NCBI GenBank assembly: GCA_964393975.1
Contig: CAYMVO010000003.1
Span: 11,760-75,759, forward strand
Direction of reading: 5' to 3'
Origin: an uncultured Lachnospiraceae bacterium
Lineage (GTDB): Bacteria; Bacillota; Clostridia; Christensenellales; UBA1242
Length of the DNA: 64,000 bases
Within the stretch, counting starts at the first letter, position 1, and each line of letters starts with the position of its first letter. Made by a program: the position numbers and the translations under genes. The notes under the pieces were generated by a model, which did no database searches, had not been told where the DNA came from, and saw only the letters and a list, made by a program, of their open reading frames with translations. This document shows positions 60,850 to 64,000 of this stretch, piece by piece.

Positions 60850-61971
60850 ATGCCAAATAAATTAAATGGAAATAACAATATGAGATATGTAACATTTATA
60901 GTTACTCAAAATTGCAATTTGAATTGTACATATTGTTATGAACATAATAAAACTAAAAGTTCATTTGATGTTGAACTTGTAAAACAAATAATTTTAAAAG
61001 AGTTAAGCGCAAAAGATAGATATACTGAAATATGCTTTGATTTTTTTGGTGGAGAGCCTTTTTTGGAATTTCAGAAAATTAAGGAAATAGTTGAGTATTT
61101 TAAGGGGAAAAAGTTTGATAAAAAAGTTTATTTTTTTGCTGGTACTAATGGAACTTTAATTACTAAAGAAATACAGGATTGGTTATTGGAAAATAGAGAT
61201 ATCTTTCAAATAGCATTAAGTTTGGATGGAACTAAAGAAATGCATGATTTAAATAGAAGCAATTCTTATGATTTAATTCCTATACATTTTTTTGCAAATA
61301 AATTTCAATATTTAAGTGTAAAAGCAACTATTTCTCCGAAAACGATATATTCCCTAGCGGACGGGGTTATAAATTTACACAATTTAGGTTTTAAAAATAT
61401 TTCTTGCAATTTAGCAGTAGGGGTTGATTGGTCATCTGAGGAATATACTAAAATTTTAAATAGAGAGTTATACAAGTTGATAGAATATTATTTAGAAAAC
61501 CCAACATTAAAACCTTGTAATTTATTAGAATATCAAATTGAAAATGCTGTGCATCCAAACAACGGTAAAGCAATAAAGTTTTGTGGAGCTGGTACTCGTA
61601 CTAAAGTTTATGATATAGATGGAAAAGTATATCCTTGTCAGTATTTTTTACCGTTAACAATAGGTGATAAAGCTAAAGAGCCTATTAACATCAAATTTTC
61701 AGATGTTATGAATATAGAAGAAATGGATCCAATTTGTCAAAAATGTATAGCAGTTAATATTTGTCCTTCTTGTTATGGCTCAAATTATCAAGAAACAGGA
61801 GATATACATAAAAAAGACAAAGACTTTTGTAGATTACAAAAAGTAATAATTTTGGCTAATACATACTTTAAAGCAAAATTATGGGAGATGGGGAGGCTTA
61901 ATTTAGACGAATATGCCGAGCAAGAATTGCTAAATAGTATTATAAAAATTCAAAATGAAATAAAGATTTAA
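60850..61971 (+). CDS. Radical SAM/SPASM peptide maturase
   Basis: CNLNCTYC, FFGGEP, SLDG; SPASM cysteines CGAG...GKVYPCQ...CQKCIAVNICPSC...FC; no N-terminal RRE extension visible. Confidence 0.92.
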   Translation: MPNKLNGNNNMRYVTFIVTQNCNLNCTYCYEHNKTKSSFDVELVKQIILKELSAKDRYTEICFDFFGGEPFLEFQKIKEIVEYFKGKKFDKKVYFFAGTNGTLITKEIQDWLLENRDIFQIALSLDGTKEMHDLNRSNSYDLIPIHFFANKFQYLSVKATISPKTIYSLADGVINLHNLGFKNISCNLAVGVDWSSEEYTKILNRELYKLIEYYLENPTLKPCNLLEYQIENAVHPNNGKAIKFCGAGTRTKVYDIDGKVYPCQYFLPLTIGDKAKEPINIKFSDVMNIEEMDPICQKCIAVNICPSCYGSNYQETGDIHKKDKDFCRLQKVIILANTYFKAKLWEMGRLNLDEYAEQELLNSIIKIQNEIKI

Positions 61972-61981
61972 TGAGGGGAAA

Positions 61982-62785
61982 ATGAAAGTAATTAGTGTTG
62001 GTAAAGATAATGCAATATTTCAACAAATTTATGCATTAAAAGAAAATCGTAATAAAAGAGCTCAAACAAAAATGTTTTTTGTTGAGGGCATACAAAACAT
62101 TAAAGATGCTATGACTTTCGGTTGGCAAATTGAGGCTTTTATTTATTCAAAGAACACAAATTTGTCTAATTGGGCAAAAAGCGTGTTAAATAAAGCTAGT
62201 TATAATTATATTTTATCACCTGATTTAATGAATAAATTGAGCGATAAAGATGAGGTAAGTGAAATTTTGGCAATTATAAAAATGAGAGATTTACAACAAC
62301 CTAAATATTCAAAAAATCCTATAATAGTTTTAGTCGATAGACCTTCTAAAAAAGGGAATTTAGGTACAATTATTAGAAGTTGTGACGCATTAAACGTTGA
62401 ACAAATATATTTTTCTGGGCATAGTGTAGATATATATGACCACACAGTTATAACTGCATCAATGGGCTCATTTTTTAAAGTGCCAATTACTTTTATTCCT
62501 AGCAACAACGATTTTTTAAAATTAGTAAATGATTTAAAGTCAAAATTTAGTGATTTAAAAGTTGTTGCGACATCGCTTCAAACTAATAATAGACTACAAG
62601 ATTACGATTTTACAAGACCAGTTTTGTTGCTAATAGGAAATGAAACTGAGGGGCTTTGCAAGTTTTACAATGACAATGCCGATGATTTTGTAAAGATTTC
62701 AATGAGACCAAATATTGACTCTTTAAATATAGCTTGTGCAACAACTGCTTGCTTGTATGAAATAAACAGACAAAGGAATTTTTAA
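61982..62785 (+). CDS. SpoU/TrmH family RNA 2'-O-methyltransferase
   Basis: FFVEG, GNLGTIIRS, ASMGS, LLIGNETEGL, IDSLNIA; 10 nt after the rSAM stop. Confidence 0.92.
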   Translation: MKVISVGKDNAIFQQIYALKENRNKRAQTKMFFVEGIQNIKDAMTFGWQIEAFIYSKNTNLSNWAKSVLNKASYNYILSPDLMNKLSDKDEVSEILAIIKMRDLQQPKYSKNPIIVLVDRPSKKGNLGTIIRSCDALNVEQIYFSGHSVDIYDHTVITASMGSFFKVPITFIPSNNDFLKLVNDLKSKFSDLKVVATSLQTNNRLQDYDFTRPVLLLIGNETEGLCKFYNDNADDFVKISMRPNIDSLNIACATTACLYEINRQRNF

Positions 62786-62830
62786 TTTTTAACAATATAC
62801 AAAACTGGTGCTTCAAACCTAAATTAATCG

Positions 62831-62936
62831 CTTTGTTAATAATTTTTGAAAATAATTTAAAAAGGAACATTGCATTTATTTTGCATTGTTCCTTGTTTTT
62901 TTTATTCTGCTAGTTTTAAAAGTGTTAGTCCTTTGA
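62831..62936 (-). repeat. ~105-bp palindromic element, copy R (inverted relative to copy L)
   Basis: Aligns to the reverse complement of 55395-55498; includes terminator AAGGAACATTGCA...TGCATTGTTCCTT. Confidence 0.8.
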
Positions 62937-63227
62937 CCACTTTTTTTATTTTGCCTAGTATCTTTAATAATAAGTAGAACTCTATCTTTATCACTTTTAT
63001 TTATTTTAAATACTCGTAAAAGAAACAAAGGTTTTGATATGTTTAAAAATACAGATTTATAAAAAAATAGTCAACTTTTTACGGTTGACTACTTTTTGTT
63101 TGATTATTTAGTTAAAAGTAAAGATAAAGTGTAGTTTGTTGTAAATTGATTTTAGTGTAGACAATGAGGTATGTCTATTTTTTTACTAGTCATTTACTAT
63201 GCAAATTTTTAAAATTACCTTTAGACA

Positions 63228-64000
63228 TTACACCAATTCAAATGTAACATTCGTCGTTTCTCCTTGCGCTGGGCGAGTAGGTCTATACTCGTTCCAATTT
63301 TCCTCGTTAAAAGCGTAAGCCGTTTTTTCGTTATTCTCAGTGACTGTAAATTGCCAAGTCTTTCCCGAATCAGCATTAGTCAAGTAATCACCACTAGGTA
63401 AAAGCGTATTCAAATCGCTAAATTCTATATCATATATAACGCTCAATAATAGCTTGGAATAAAAACTCCCACTAGTATCTAATGTTATATATTCACCAAC
63501 GCCAATAGTACCAAAGGAATAATCGCTATTATGCGCGTGACCAGTTACGTTAGTCGCGTAAGCAGATTTGATATAGACACCACCTTTATTCATATCTAAT
63601 GTAATTGTAAGAGAAGGTTTGTCTTGCAAATCGCTAGGTCTTAGTAGGACGTATGAAACATTTTCATCCGCTAAGAAAGCGTTGATTTTCTCTGTGTTGA
63701 ATGTCCCATAGTTTACATTTGAGCAATACTTGTTCGTCGCGGTTGTGTCGTACTTATGAGTGGTAAAGTCGTAGTAATGTCCATTGCATTCAATTTTCCA
63801 ACTGCTAAATTCTTGTTTGCCAGCGGTCTTGATGTTTTGAGTGACTGGCAATTCGCTCTCTATGCTAGCGAAAGTGTCTTTTGTGCAAGTAAAACGCACA
63901 ATCTTTGAAGTCGTCGAATTGAAACTCATAGTCTCATCATTTAGTTCGTAAATAAAGTCTTTTTGTCCTACATCTATCCACCTTGCATAGATAGTGCCAC
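63228..64000 (-). CDS. 3' end of a large surface protein (runs off the window edge)
   Basis: Frame is open from the window end (…GTIYARWID… InlB-repeat-type terminus) to the stop at 63228; the ORF-track Met at 63929 is internal. Confidence 0.75.
   Translation of the reverse strand, partial: GTIYARWIDVGQKDFIYELNDETMSFNSTTSKIVRFTCTKDTFASIESELPVTQNIKTAGKQEFSSWKIECNGHYYDFTTHKYDTTATNKYCSNVNYGTFNTEKINAFLADENVSYVLLRPSDLQDKPSLTITLDMNKGGVYIKSAYATNVTGHAHNSDYSFGTIGVGEYITLDTSGSFYSKLLLSVIYDIEFSDLNTLLPSGDYLTNADSGKTWQFTVTENNEKTAYAFNEENWNEYRPTRPAQGETTNVTFELV

Noticed and set aside
29-63929. Numerous 60-160-aa ORFs on the opposite strand or in alternative frames within core genes (e.g. 263-514, 3884-4147, 31768-32256, 49606-49923, 18412-18600, 10559-10747)
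   Set aside because: Shadow ORFs overlapping well-supported genes or AT-rich intergenic DNA; no RBS or motif support.

Overview
A 64-kb chromosomal window from a low-GC, spore-forming Firmicute (Clostridia-like; inferred from spoIVA, spoIVFA/B-like, ytxC, T-box and rnj). It is mostly core genes: plsX-rnc-smc-ftsY-metG, a class A PBP, mutS-mutL-miaA-ynbB, a six-tRNA cluster, rnj, spoIVA, rpoZ, lepA-hemW-ytxC-thrS, recX-acpS, minD/E, an ABC importer and uvrC. AT-rich accessory islets lie at ~44.4-45.8 kb, ~55.4-58.8 kb and ~60.2-62.9 kb, the last two either side of tRNA-Ser. The strongest leads are: (1) a 53-aa Cys-rich peptide gene missed by the ORF track (60628-60789), transcribed from a strong promoter with a radical SAM/SPASM enzyme and a SpoU/TrmH methyltransferase, i.e. 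a candidate new RiPP locus; (2) a full-length Rho homologue with a degenerate ATPase site directly upstream of rpoZ; (3) a T-box-controlled thrS with an in-frame loss of the whole catalytic domain; (4) two paralogous microproteins upstream of spoIVA; (5) a possible 6S-like structured RNA; (6) an orphan toxin-tip/immunity pair, an RCK/RyR-type channel-like protein and a ~105-bp palindromic repeat family marking the ends of accessory units. All family assignments come from motif recognition by eye; no database searches were run.
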